Below, piece after piece: positions 9,467 through 19,443 of a DNA stretch of 64,000 nt. The stretch spans positions 8,453 through 72,452 of the forward strand of contig JBAXEI010000004.1 of assembly GCA_037140515.1 (NCBI GenBank), written 5' to 3'. The position numbers and the translations under genes were made by a program. Every line of letters begins with the position of its first letter. Within the stretch, counting starts at the first letter, position 1. The stretch is from Candidatus Berkelbacteria bacterium. Lineage in GTDB: Bacteria; Patescibacteriota; UBA1384; XYA2-FULL-43-10; 1-14-0-10-43-13. Below the pieces are notes generated by a model that ran no database searches, was not told the DNA's origin, and was given only the letters and a program-made list of their open reading frames with translations.

Positions 9467-10999
9467 TTGAAATACTCTATGGCAAGTAGAAACAAGGTTC
9501 TTTTGATCGTGCTCGATGGCTGGGGACATCGAGAAGAACGAGAGCACAACGCGATAGCAGAGGCTGAGACGCCCTATTTTGACCACTTGTGGACAACTTA
9601 TCCACATGCACTTCTGGAAGCCAGTGGCGAAGCGGTAGGTTTGCCTGAAGGCCAAATGGGTAACAGCGAAGTTGGCCACACCACAATTGGTGCTGGCAGA
9701 GTTATTTATACTGACTTTGTCAAAATCTCCAAATCGATCAGGGAGGGCACTTTTGGTCATAACGAGGCGATTATTACTCTTTTCGACCATATCAAGGAGC
9801 ACAATTCGACCTTACATCTGCAAAGTTTGATCGGTCCTGGCGGTGTCCATAGTCACATCGACCACCTCTACGCGGCCCTACGAGCCGCTAAGGCAGCAGG
9901 GATTACGAAGGTGGCGATTCATGCCTTCTCAGATGGCCGCGATACCCCACCACAGAGTGGAGCCGGCTACCTTTCTGATCTTGAGTCCATGATCGAAGAT
10001 CTTGGCATTGGCTTCATCGCTACGGTTACCGGCCGTTTCTATGCTATGGACCGCGACAACAACTGGGATCGCTTAAAGATCGCAGAAGACGCAATTTTTA
10101 AAGGAATTGGCGTTTCGAAAAAGATGAAGCCATCTGCAGCCTTGCATGAGCTTTATCGCGAAGATATTGTCGACGAGCACATCAAACCGATCATCTTTCT
10201 TGATCAAGACGATAAAAGTTGGCAAATAGAGCCAAATGATGGCATTTTTATGCTAAATTTCCGTTCAGATCGTGCTCGAATGCTTGCAAAAAATTTGATA
10301 GAGAAACAAGAAGAAATGAATCTAGCGATTGTAACCATGACAGAATATGACAAGAAATTTAATTCTCTGGTCGCTTTTATGCCTGAAGAAGCGGAAACAA
10401 CTCTTGCGCAAGAGATAGCTGAATCTGAGCTAACTCAAGAACATATCGCCGAAACGGAAAAGTTTGCACATGCAACATACTTTCTAAATGGTGGAGAAGA
10501 AACACCGCACCGACACGAGAAGCATACTCTCGTCAAAAGCCGAAAAGATGTGGACACTCACGACTTAGCGCCGGAAATGAAGGCTGCTGAAATCACTGAG
10601 AAAACGCTTGAGAGCATAAAGGATGGTACGGATTTAATTTTTGTTAACTACGCAAACCCAGATATGGTCGGCCACACCGCCAACAAAGATGCGTTACTTC
10701 AGGCAATCAGCTTCGTTGATCAGCAACTCAAACAGGTGACTGATGCTGCGCTAGAAAATAGCTATGCTGTACTCGTGACTGCAGACCACGGAAATGCTGA
10801 AATATATTTTGACAAAACAAATAATGAGAAGCATACCGCACACACGATAGATCCTGTGCCCCTCATTTTGGTTTCGAACAAAATCCAAGTCAAGAAGATC
10901 GACTCTGGCAGTCTACGCGATATTGCACCAACTATACTTAGTATCCTAGATCTAAAAGTTCCCGACACCATGACAGGACAAAACTTAATTAAAAAATAG
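9467..10999 (+). CDS. gpmI: 2,3-bisphosphoglycerate-independent phosphoglycerate mutase
   Basis: LIVLDGWG, GQMGNSEVGH, DGRDTPP, NPDMVGHT, TADHGNAE; true start may be ATG 9479. Confidence 0.98.
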   Translation: MKYSMASRNKVLLIVLDGWGHREEREHNAIAEAETPYFDHLWTTYPHALLEASGEAVGLPEGQMGNSEVGHTTIGAGRVIYTDFVKISKSIREGTFGHNEAIITLFDHIKEHNSTLHLQSLIGPGGVHSHIDHLYAALRAAKAAGITKVAIHAFSDGRDTPPQSGAGYLSDLESMIEDLGIGFIATVTGRFYAMDRDNNWDRLKIAEDAIFKGIGVSKKMKPSAALHELYREDIVDEHIKPIIFLDQDDKSWQIEPNDGIFMLNFRSDRARMLAKNLIEKQEEMNLAIVTMTEYDKKFNSLVAFMPEEAETTLAQEIAESELTQEHIAETEKFAHATYFLNGGEETPHRHEKHTLVKSRKDVDTHDLAPEMKAAEITEKTLESIKDGTDLIFVNYANPDMVGHTANKDALLQAISFVDQQLKQVTDAALENSYAVLVTADHGNAEIYFDKTNNEKHTAHTIDPVPLILVSNKIQVKKIDSGSLRDIAPTILSILDLKVPDTMTGQNLIKK

Positions 11000-11020
11000 A
11001 GCCACTCGGCTCTATTTTTT
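10991..11020. terminator. Bidirectional terminator
   Basis: AAAAAATAGAGCC-actc-GGCTCTATTTTTT between convergent genes. Confidence 0.8.
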
Positions 11021-11033
11021 AATATTTGTATAT

Positions 11034-11168
11034 TTATCTGATTTCGTTTTCTTGGCGTGTTGGCTGTTCGTCCGCACTTCCAACCCAGCTCCATACGCTC
11101 CAAAGTGCGAGCACAATAGCGGCGATTGCCAAGACAAAAATCAGGGTCTTTTTGGTATTATACCGCAT
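11034..11168 (-). CDS. Unannotated 44-aa single-TM protein
   Basis: Manual translation MRYNTKKTLIFVLAIAAIVLALWSVWSWVGSADEQPTRQENEIR; overlaps the foldase stop and fills the gap to the terminator. Confidence 0.6.
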   Translation of the reverse strand: MRYNTKKTLIFVLAIAAIVLALWSVWSWVGSADEQPTRQENEIR

Positions 11169-12195
11169 AGAACTTCAAGATAAGACTTTTCTTCTTTATG
11201 CTATCGATCCAATCAGTAAATTTCTCCTCGATCGAACCACTTTTTGATTCGACTAGAATAAGATGCCAGCCGTATTCAGTTCGAACAGGGGCAGACACTT
11301 GGCCTGCTTTAGCAGAAAAAGCTGCATCGGAGAAAGCATCTACCATTTCACCTTTAGCAAATGGAGCTAGTAATCCACCATTTGTAGCACTGGAGGTATC
11401 TTCTGAATATTTCTTGGCCGCATCAGCAAAGCTTAGCCCGGCACTAATCTCAGCGGCAATCGCATCGATCTTGGTTTTGGCAGCGGCTACGGCATCTGGA
11501 GTTGCTGAACTATCAGCGAGAATCAATATATGACTTGCAGTTACACGAGTGATCACAGCTTTGTCCAAGCCTTCACGGACAAGACGAACGTGCACGAGTT
11601 TGCGGAACTGTTTTGGTGTAAGTCCGTACATATCAGTCAAAGCTTTCTCAAATTTGTCTTGGCCACCGGCACCTTCAATGATCGCATTGATTGCAGCATC
11701 CTCATCAGCCTTTGTCACTTTGACATGGTGAATGATTGCTTCGTAGTTGACTATTTTGTTAGAGACCAAATCATCATAAATCTGCTGATCAATCTGAGTA
11801 TAATCCTCGATGCCTGCTTGCGCATAATTGTAGTAATGATGAACGTAGCCAACCTCATGAGTAAGCTCAGCATAGGTGACCGCATCATAGTTAACAAGTG
11901 TGACTGGATATGGAACTACTTTTGCAACTGCTTTCACATCAGCATCTTTTGACCTGTAACCGTAGATAAGCACCGCAAAATAGGTTATAGCGATCATGAT
12001 GATGATTGCAACAACATTTAAAGTTTTCACAAAAACCTTGAAACCAGAGCTTTCTGAAAGGTTTTCACAATATTCGCGTGAACTTTTATGAATGTCTTTT
12101 GTCTTTGATGCCAAATTCTTCGTGGCAGCGTGCACTTTTGATAAATCAACCTTCTTGATTTTCAAACCAGCAAGATTTACTTTTTTAATATCCAT
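11158..12195 (-). CDS. PrsA/SurA-like parvulin peptidyl-prolyl isomerase (foldase)
   Basis: ASHILI, FADAAKKYSED, GGLL-F-GEMV-F-AAF, PVRTEYGWHLI; N-terminal TM. Confidence 0.92.
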   Translation of the reverse strand: MDIKKVNLAGLKIKKVDLSKVHAATKNLASKTKDIHKSSREYCENLSESSGFKVFVKTLNVVAIIIMIAITYFAVLIYGYRSKDADVKAVAKVVPYPVTLVNYDAVTYAELTHEVGYVHHYYNYAQAGIEDYTQIDQQIYDDLVSNKIVNYEAIIHHVKVTKADEDAAINAIIEGAGGQDKFEKALTDMYGLTPKQFRKLVHVRLVREGLDKAVITRVTASHILILADSSATPDAVAAAKTKIDAIAAEISAGLSFADAAKKYSEDTSSATNGGLLAPFAKGEMVDAFSDAAFSAKAGQVSAPVRTEYGWHLILVESKSGSIEEKFTDWIDSIKKKSLILKFYAV

Positions 12196-12242
12196 TTTTA
12201 CTCCTGATCTTAATTAGATAGATTATAGTTCAATAAATTATT

Positions 12243-12815
12243 CTAGACAAGGCCACCCCAGCTAGAGGTCAGATAAACAAGGACGATAGCGACAAAAGTA
12301 AAAACAACATAAGTGATAAAGCTATTGTCGGTGTGCTTCGCAAGAATCGTATAACAAAAACCAACAAAAAGGTAGCAAATCGCCGAAATAATAAGGCTTT
12401 GACTGATCGGATTAATCAAAAAATAGCTTAAAATCAGGAATGCTTCAAGAACAATTAACGAAAAAAGTACTAGATAAATTGTCCTTTTCTTGCCCAAAAT
12501 TCCAATGCGGTGCTCGGTGTAGGAAAAAAGATAGCCAAAGATGAGCAAAATCGCAAGCATCACAATCCAAACTGGTAGCGCGAGCTGAAAGAGAAATATG
12601 TAAAGAGCATAAGAAACAATGAAGGACATCAGGATCAATATAAAAATTGCAGAGCTCTCCCGCCAAATTGAAACAAGGCCGACTAAGGAGATTATGGAAA
12701 TAAGGACAATCAGGGTTGTGACCCCACTGTTCTGTAAATAAAAAGTAAGAAATCCCCAAGCCAAAATCAGTGTAAGAATAATTTTTCGGACGACTGGATT
12801 GTGAAAAAAGGTCAT
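12243..12815 (-). CDS. Hypothetical polytopic membrane protein
   Basis: 190 aa, almost entirely hydrophobic helices, operonic. Confidence 0.8.
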   Translation of the reverse strand: MTFFHNPVVRKIILTLILAWGFLTFYLQNSGVTTLIVLISIISLVGLVSIWRESSAIFILILMSFIVSYALYIFLFQLALPVWIVMLAILLIFGYLFSYTEHRIGILGKKRTIYLVLFSLIVLEAFLILSYFLINPISQSLIISAICYLFVGFCYTILAKHTDNSFITYVVFTFVAIVLVYLTSSWGGLV

Positions 12816-12820
12816 GTAGC

Positions 12821-14242
12821 CTACTTTTCAGACAGTGCTTTGTAGTCGCTGCCAATAATTAATTGAAGGTCTGGCCCTTCAGCGGATGATTTTGTTTTTA
12901 AAACAACACTACAATTATACTTGGCCATAAGCAAAGCAATTGCTTCTTTCTTGGCGTTGTTTGAATAATCATAAATTACGGTTTTATCGACAACTTCTTT
13001 GCTATTGCCGACCGATGTGATTGTCAGTGTTTTTTCCAATTGTAGATCCTTCGAAACTGTTGAGGCTAGGCCAACGGTTTTAGTACTGTTCAGAATCTCA
13101 AGCTTAGCCGGCGTTTCAACTTTGACAACTGTCGAGCCCGAAGTCAAGCCAACAGAAAAGATGTTCTTTAGCTCCTCTTGGATGTGAAGGAAATTGCCAT
13201 CTTTTGGCTTCAAATAGTAAAGCTTATCCGTAGGATCAGTGAAATCGATCAAATCACCATCAGGACTGTTTGATAAGACTTTTGAAATCGTATTTTCGCT
13301 TGAAATATCACCCATGGCGCTAATGACTGCTTTTAGCTCAGCTGGCGACAAATCGGTTCTGACGCTATCGCTAAGTGCGCTTATGATATCTAACAACTTT
13401 TTTGGATTAGCTATCAAGCCAGATTTCATGGCTTTATCTTTGATTGCAGATATGATTTTCTGTTGTCTAGCCGCGCGATCGAAATCAGAAGTTGATTCAC
13501 GAGAGCGTGCATACTTTAGCGCAGTTTTACCATCAAAATGCTGATCACCAGCCGCTACCTTGAAAGTGACGAAATCAACCATGTTGTCGGCAGGGAAATT
13601 TTTGTCAACTATCGCTTTGTCGACATGTACGTCAATGCCACCGAGCTGATCGATGATTTTCTCAAAGCCTGTAAATTCAACAGTTGCAGTGTAGTGGATT
13701 GGCATGTTCAGAGTTTTGGAAATAGTATCAGCGGACAATTTCGCTCCAGCAGCAAGTGCTTCATCCTTGCACTTTGCGGCATTTTTCGTATTACAATTTT
13801 TCGTCATGTATGCGTTGTAACCATCGGCAAAAGCTGCGTTGATCTTCTGATTTCCGTAGCCAGCAATTGAAACCTGCAGATCACGAGGAATTGAGATCAT
13901 GGCCGCTTTCTTATCGGCTTTTTTCACGCTCAGGATTATGATTGAGTCGGAGAGCGTACCGCCTGGATGATTTGTTCCACCCATTCCCAAAAACAAAATA
14001 TTAGTACGTCCATCAGTTTCCTTGAGATCCTGCTGACCGTATAAAGTTTTTAGTATTCCCGTGCCAGTGATTCCATTTTGAAAAATTTTCGAACCAGAGA
14101 ACATCGCGCTAGCGAGAAAGTAGGCAAGAGCAATGATGATTACGCCAAGAGAGATAAATGTAATTTTTCCGGCTTTAGTCTTGTAAAAACGAGTCTTCTT
14201 TGGTGTCTGAGACATATCTTTAGGTTCCATTATTTGATCCAT
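12821..14242 (-). CDS. LytR-CpsA-Psr (LCP) family protein with LytR_C domain
   Basis: NILFLG, SDSI, SIPRDL, KINAA, ALKYARSR, SDFDRAARQQ; C-terminal ILNST...GLA...GN...IIGSDY. Confidence 0.93.
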   Translation of the reverse strand: MDQIMEPKDMSQTPKKTRFYKTKAGKITFISLGVIIIALAYFLASAMFSGSKIFQNGITGTGILKTLYGQQDLKETDGRTNILFLGMGGTNHPGGTLSDSIIILSVKKADKKAAMISIPRDLQVSIAGYGNQKINAAFADGYNAYMTKNCNTKNAAKCKDEALAAGAKLSADTISKTLNMPIHYTATVEFTGFEKIIDQLGGIDVHVDKAIVDKNFPADNMVDFVTFKVAAGDQHFDGKTALKYARSRESTSDFDRAARQQKIISAIKDKAMKSGLIANPKKLLDIISALSDSVRTDLSPAELKAVISAMGDISSENTISKVLSNSPDGDLIDFTDPTDKLYYLKPKDGNFLHIQEELKNIFSVGLTSGSTVVKVETPAKLEILNSTKTVGLASTVSKDLQLEKTLTITSVGNSKEVVDKTVIYDYSNNAKKEAIALLMAKYNCSVVLKTKSSAEGPDLQLIIGSDYKALSEK

Positions 14243-14276
14243 AGTAATTCTGAGATTAGTTTAGCAAATTAGTTAG

Positions 14277-14660
14277 TTACAGTCTAGCTTTTGGCTTAGT
14301 AATAAGCGGTTCACGCTCGTAATATGGTATTGCGGGTGCTCCAAAAGAACCCTCTTTGAGCCCGATAAAATTAATGCACTCACCTATTTTATACCCTAAA
14401 ATCGGAATATTCAAAGAGAACGCCATCGAATTTGCTATAGTTACGCCAACTCGAACTCCTGTGTAAGAGCCAGGGCCAATGCAAACAACGATTCCGCGAA
14501 TAGAGTGTAGTTTTTCACCAACAATTTCATCAATCCAAGAAAGCATAATTTCTGACTCATTTCGAGCCATCGTCTTCTCATGCTTATCAGTAATCTGAAA
14601 TTTTTCATCCAAAATTTCAATTACATTTTCATTGCTAGTTGTATCTATTTTCAAATACAT
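14277..14660 (-). CDS. tsaB: t6A biosynthesis protein TsaB (short form)
   Basis: IDTT start and GPGSYTGVRVG motif. Confidence 0.9.
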   Translation of the reverse strand: MYLKIDTTSNENVIEILDEKFQITDKHEKTMARNESEIMLSWIDEIVGEKLHSIRGIVVCIGPGSYTGVRVGVTIANSMAFSLNIPILGYKIGECINFIGLKEGSFGAPAIPYYEREPLITKPKARL

Positions 14661-14662
14661 CT

Positions 14663-15091
14663 CTAAGCTACTTCCGTTATTTTACGTTCTGTCTCTGAAA
14701 TATATTCAAACTCTAGGAGTTGAACTTTATTTTTCAAGATTGAAATGACAGTCTCTGGCCATTCAACCACAATAAGATTTTTTGAATCATCAAGAAACTC
14801 GAAGAAACCAATCGACTCCAAGTCTTCTGGTGATGATAATCGATAGCAATCGATATGAATAAGCTGATTAAATCTGTCTGACTTTAATATTGGATATTTT
14901 TTTAAGATCACAAATGTAGGACTAGTCACGATCTTTTCGACGCCAAGAGCAGCTGCCAAATATTTCGTAAAAGTCGTTTTGCCACTACCCAAGTCCCCTT
15001 TCAACGCCAAAATCTGACCAGGTTTTACCATCTTGGCAAAGTTCTCGGCAAATTCTTTTGTTTCTTCTTCGTTGTGAGAAATAAATTCCAT
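14663..15091 (-). CDS. tsaE: t6A biosynthesis ATPase TsaE
   Basis: GDLGSGKTTF, SPTF, HIDCYRL, VVEWP. Confidence 0.96.
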   Translation of the reverse strand: MEFISHNEEETKEFAENFAKMVKPGQILALKGDLGSGKTTFTKYLAAALGVEKIVTSPTFVILKKYPILKSDRFNQLIHIDCYRLSSPEDLESIGFFEFLDDSKNLIVVEWPETVISILKNKVQLLEFEYISETERKITEVA

Positions 15092-16692
15092 ATTATAAAG
15101 AGTAATGACGAAATAATTAATACTACTTTTTCATCTCCGCCCGCGACAGGCAAAATGCCCGATCCCGTGTAGTCTGAAGTTGAAATTGTAACATCTTCCG
15201 CCCTAAATGGCAATATTCTGTACTCATTTTTGTATAAAGAAACGATCCCGGCGACCTTGAAGATATCACCGACTTTCATCGGAGGCTTATCGATACCGGT
15301 CGATTCACGAATTAAAATCTTAATCTCCGTGGCACTTACCAGATCTGCCACATAGAATGTGTCGCCAGAAGTTTTTGAAATTCGACCTTGAATTTGGACA
15401 TATTGATCCGTGTATCTCTCGCCGATATCTGATATCGATAGCAATATTGGGGAAACAGGAATTTCGCCAGACTTCAGATTCACAGCGCTACTTGAGCTAA
15501 TCTTTATTCGATTAGCCGCCGTGAGTGAGCCAGAGACGCTGACCGAATCACCCTGTTTCAGCTCTGGAAATTCACCATAGTAATTGTATATTTCATAACC
15601 CTTTGACCCAGTAGACAGATAGAATATCTGATCAGAAAGAACACCCGGCCATGCCGTCACTCTCCCGTCAACTGTTGTGGCGCCATTTGTGCTAGCGATG
15701 CTGGCAGATGAAGGACTGGATCCTGAGCTAATAGCAACGACAGCTTCCTTGTATTGATTTTCATTTCCCGGTGTCGGCTGCGCTGTCCATCTCCAGCTTC
15801 CATCAAATAGCGCATATCCGAGATCTTTCTTCGCTTTATCATAGGTCACAGACGATTTGAGATCTCCATTTGGATCAAGAAGACGAGCACTGTCGGTGTC
15901 GTTATTTAAGAATATTCCGGTCATACTATGATAAAATGCCAGATAACCGTTTGGCTCAATCCGAACTCCTTTCGGTATAGTGTAGCCACTGCTACCGCCC
16001 TCCTCATCATCAACAACCCAGCCACTTAGATCAACGGCGATGGCGGTTTTATTATGAAGCTCAATAAATTCTTCTCTTGATTCATCAGCAGGATATGCCA
16101 AAACCTCAGAGAGCTCAACGCTATCCAAGTAAGTGGGCTTTTCATACTTTGCAAATGGGGACGGCACAGGAATCTCAACAAAATCAACTGAACAATCATC
16201 GGAATCGAATCCAAGAATCTTTCGTTCAAGCGAATGACCAGTTTTGACAACTTTGCTTGAAATGATACCCGGGTAAGCTGAGTTGCCCCACGCTATAGAA
16301 TCTATTTCGGCTCCTGCAGGGTCCAAAAGTACCACATAGTCACCATCGTTTGAGAGATTAATTGTCATTGCCTCTATACTAGGATCAAGATCATACAAAG
16401 TATGAAAACCTGCGGTATTTCTGGCAATAACAAAAAATGATTTGGCCTTTATTGTTCCGGAGACAATGATGAAAGGAGCAGGCTCATTTGATTTGAGTTC
16501 ATACCCCGATAAATCGAGATCTAGATCAGTCGGATTGTACAGCTCGATCCATTCCTCTTTGGAGTCAGTTCCAACAGTATCATAATAGACTTCGTTGATC
16601 TGCAAACCAGCCGTTGCAGCATGGACAGAAAAATTCGGACTTAGACTACAAAACAGAGCCACCAGCAGAATCAGGACATAAACCTTCTTCAT
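15025..16692 (-). CDS. Secreted protein with two lamin-tail domains, OB-fold-like domains and an LPxTG-like C-terminal anchor
   Basis: Signal peptide; INEVYYD...EWIELYN and LSEVLAYP...EFIELHN; PTPG; LPVAG then TM then basic tail. Confidence 0.8.
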   Translation of the reverse strand: MKKVYVLILLVALFCSLSPNFSVHAATAGLQINEVYYDTVGTDSKEEWIELYNPTDLDLDLSGYELKSNEPAPFIIVSGTIKAKSFFVIARNTAGFHTLYDLDPSIEAMTINLSNDGDYVVLLDPAGAEIDSIAWGNSAYPGIISSKVVKTGHSLERKILGFDSDDCSVDFVEIPVPSPFAKYEKPTYLDSVELSEVLAYPADESREEFIELHNKTAIAVDLSGWVVDDEEGGSSGYTIPKGVRIEPNGYLAFYHSMTGIFLNNDTDSARLLDPNGDLKSSVTYDKAKKDLGYALFDGSWRWTAQPTPGNENQYKEAVVAISSGSSPSSASIASTNGATTVDGRVTAWPGVLSDQIFYLSTGSKGYEIYNYYGEFPELKQGDSVSVSGSLTAANRIKISSSSAVNLKSGEIPVSPILLSISDIGERYTDQYVQIQGRISKTSGDTFYVADLVSATEIKILIRESTGIDKPPMKVGDIFKVAGIVSLYKNEYRILPFRAEDVTISTSDYTGSGILPVAGGDEKVVLIISSLLFIIWNLFLTTKKKQKNLPRTLPRW

Positions 16693-16711
16693 GCACCCTC
16701 CGATTTATACG

Positions 16712-17776
16712 TCAGATAATTATCATTGCATCGCCGTACGAGTAAAAGCGATATTCATTCTTAATAGCTTCTTGATAAGCTGCTTTGATGTTGTCGGAAC
16801 CGGCAAATGCAGATACAAGCATGATTAGAGTTGATTTTGGCAAGTGAAAATTTGTAACAATCCCATCAACAATCTTAAACTTGTAGCCCGGATAAATATA
16901 AATGTCCGTCCAGCCTGAAATTGTACTTGCAGAAGATTCATTCAACGAACCAAGGATCTTTTCATCAGAAAAAACATACTCCAACACTCGTGTCGACGTT
17001 GTCCCAACGGTAACGATTCGGTGGCCAGTCTTCTTGGCTAAAATCAGTTTTCGGACAACATCCTTTTGGATTGAGAAGAACTCGCGATGAATTTGATGCT
17101 TTGTAATGTCATCGACTTTGACTGGTGCAAAAGTTCCAAGCCCAACATGAAGCGTCAGTTCCTCGACGTCAACGCCACGCTCGCGAAGATCAGAAAAAAC
17201 TTTTTCAGTAAAATGAAGCCCAGCAGTAGGTGCAGCAACACTTCCGCGCTCCTTGGCATAGACGGTCTGATAATTTTCTTTGTCTGCCTTCTTACGAATA
17301 TCGCTAACATCTCGTTTACTCTCAATATATGGAGGAATTGGCACGTTGCCGATCTTTTCGACTTCATCAAAAAAAGGTTCGCAATCGAGATTGAATTTTA
17401 CCGTATAACAATTATCATTTTGCGCGTTGACGACGCATTCGAGCAAAGAGCCGTCAAAAACGATTGTTGCCCCAATTTTCAAACCTTTACCAAGGACTTC
17501 CCACTCGCCGTCAATGAGTTCGTGATTTAGTAATATTTCGACTTTTCCGCCAGTTTCCTTCTTTTGCCCTACAAGTCTGGCCGGGTAAACCTTGGAATTA
17601 TTCAGGACCAAAATATCTCCCGCCCGGAGATATTTGCTTAGATTAAAAAACTTATCATGCACAATTTTGTGGTTAACTTTATCAAGAATCAAAAGTCTAG
17701 ATTCGTCTCTTGGTTCAGCGGGGTAATCGGCTATCAGTTTTTCTGGCAGTTCGTAATCGAAATCAGAAAGATTCAT
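16712..17776 (-). CDS. queA: SAM:tRNA ribosyltransferase-isomerase
   Basis: FDYELP, PIPPYI, YQTVYA, GSVAAPTAGLHFT, TNFHLPKSTL, YRFYSYGDAM. Confidence 0.98.
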   Translation of the reverse strand: MNLSDFDYELPEKLIADYPAEPRDESRLLILDKVNHKIVHDKFFNLSKYLRAGDILVLNNSKVYPARLVGQKKETGGKVEILLNHELIDGEWEVLGKGLKIGATIVFDGSLLECVVNAQNDNCYTVKFNLDCEPFFDEVEKIGNVPIPPYIESKRDVSDIRKKADKENYQTVYAKERGSVAAPTAGLHFTEKVFSDLRERGVDVEELTLHVGLGTFAPVKVDDITKHQIHREFFSIQKDVVRKLILAKKTGHRIVTVGTTSTRVLEYVFSDEKILGSLNESSASTISGWTDIYIYPGYKFKIVDGIVTNFHLPKSTLIMLVSAFAGSDNIKAAYQEAIKNEYRFYSYGDAMIII

Positions 17777-17784
17777 CCATTTCC

Positions 17785-18651
17785 TTATTTTAAATCAACT
17801 TCTTTCCCCTCGGTTAGTTCACCCTCTTCTATTTCGTTATTATTCAAATCAACCTTTTGCGGTGCGACGGCTGGAGCTTCGCCACTCTTCGATACCACCT
17901 TAGCCTCAGTTGGTGCTGCATCCCTACTGGCAACAAATGAGCCTGGTGCAGGCACCGTTAGATTTGACTGTACAAGTCCGCCACTTTTTAGCCTATCTGC
18001 CATAGTCGTCTGACTGAGCAGCTCTCTGGCCTGAGATTCAATATCATCAATGTCCATGCCCCGATCAGGCTCAGCCTGCTTACTGATATCGGCTGCCTCT
18101 GGAGCTGGAGCACCCTCCTCGGTCAATGGCTCAATATGGGCTTCATGAAGATTAATGATCTGCTTTGCAACTGTATAAGGATTTGGTATTGCCGAAAAAA
18201 TAAAATTTTCTCGCTCCCCTGCTGTTTGAATATTTACATCGCCAAAGTGTAATAGCGTTGCAAAAATCCCCTTAACCTGCGCATTCACGTCCTGAACTTG
18301 ATGAAGATGTAGCTCAGAAATTTTGCGATTAAATAATCCTGCTTGGTCAATATCCACAATCCGATGATCTGTGACGATATAAACATCAAGATAATAGCTA
18401 ATAAAGCCAATAAGCTGGACAGACAAAATAAACATTGTATAGATCGTAAGGCCGCCGATGATCAGAGTACCAGTCTCATATGGAATATCAGCAGAATTCG
18501 CGGACCAATACATGAAAACTGCAATAATTGGCAAAATCATCAGTATTCCAGTAATCGCAAAAGGAATATAATTCCACCAATGTTTGCGGACTAGCAAAAA
18601 TACTTTCTCGCCCTTTTCCTGACTTGGAAAGTACTTGTCTTGTGTTGGCAT
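17785..18651 (-). CDS. Membrane protein with bacterial PH (bPH_2) domain
   Basis: RKHW, two TM, YIVTDHRIVDIDQAGLFNR, IQTAG; low-complexity acidic tail. Confidence 0.8.
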   Translation of the reverse strand: MPTQDKYFPSQEKGEKVFLLVRKHWWNYIPFAITGILMILPIIAVFMYWSANSADIPYETGTLIIGGLTIYTMFILSVQLIGFISYYLDVYIVTDHRIVDIDQAGLFNRKISELHLHQVQDVNAQVKGIFATLLHFGDVNIQTAGERENFIFSAIPNPYTVAKQIINLHEAHIEPLTEEGAPAPEAADISKQAEPDRGMDIDDIESQARELLSQTTMADRLKSGGLVQSNLTVPAPGSFVASRDAAPTEAKVVSKSGEAPAVAPQKVDLNNNEIEEGELTEGKEVDLK

Positions 18652-18852
18652 TTATCCTCCAAAAGCTCTAAAGCTGATAATGACGACGGAGGTAACAACT
18701 ACCGCCAAGGAAACAACAGAATATATAACAATAATGATTTTTGAAAGATCGCCAGAGTACCCAAATCTCCATAAATGGTAAATACCCGCTACGCTAAAAA
18801 TAATGAAAGCTAAAATAAAAGCAGTATAAAAACCAACGTATACACTATTCAT
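18652..18852 (-). CDS. Small 2-TM protein
   Basis: 66 aa, YHLWRFGYSGD loop, tightly coupled to neighbours. Confidence 0.7.
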   Translation of the reverse strand: MNSVYVGFYTAFILAFIIFSVAGIYHLWRFGYSGDLSKIIIVIYSVVSLAVVVTSVVIISFRAFGG

Positions 18853-19436
18853 TACTCAAGTCTCCTTTCTTTTTTCGACTCAGCACAGCCACAAAATGAC
18901 GATACATAGACTGAGTGATTTCTTGCATAATTTCGCCCCATCCAAAATCCTTTGCGAAAATCTTGATAATAAAAATTTAGGTTATAATCCAGAGCTTTCT
19001 CATTTGCCACCTCGATAATCTCATCATGATTCTTGTATGGTGAGCAAAGCATTGACGTCGTAAAAAAGCTGGCTTTCATCTTTTTCGCTTGTTCGATCAT
19101 CCTCTGTATCAACAAAGAGTTACATAATTGGCAACGTCTTCGCTGGTAACGATCATGATCAGAAATATATTTCAGTGACTCTTTGTCCTTGTATGGAGCA
19201 ATCGAATTAGTAAATTCCGCAATTTCATGCTCAGGGATTATTAGCTTAATCTCGTTCTCTTCGCAATATTTCTCAAGGTCCCATAGTCTCTTCGCATACT
19301 CTTCCAAGCTATCAATCTGTGGATTATAAAACCAAGCAATAGGTGTGAATCCCGCCTTTGTGAGCTCAGAAAAAACGTGGCTAGCGCAAGCCGTGCAACA
19401 GGTATGGACCAAGATTTTTTTGTTTTCAGACACCAT
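18852..19436 (-). CDS. queH: Epoxyqueuosine reductase QueH (DUF208)
   Basis: HTCCTAC, FYNP, RC-LC, FTTSMLCSPYK, DFRK, CGC; near queA. Confidence 0.88.
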   Translation of the reverse strand: MVSENKKILVHTCCTACASHVFSELTKAGFTPIAWFYNPQIDSLEEYAKRLWDLEKYCEENEIKLIIPEHEIAEFTNSIAPYKDKESLKYISDHDRYQRRRCQLCNSLLIQRMIEQAKKMKASFFTTSMLCSPYKNHDEIIEVANEKALDYNLNFYYQDFRKGFWMGRNYARNHSVYVSSFCGCAESKKERRLE

Positions 19437-19443
19437 GTAGTTA

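Noticed and set aside
9588-9606. Inverted pair of DnaA-box-like 9-mers (TGTGGACAA-c-TTATCCACA)
   Set aside because: It lies inside gpmI and encodes LWTTYPH, a typical GpmI segment, so it is probably coincidental.
14277-14660. Short tsaB (and short dnaJ at 38352..38987) as pseudogenes
   Set aside because: Key motifs are intact and no downstream remnants exist, which fits streamlined forms.
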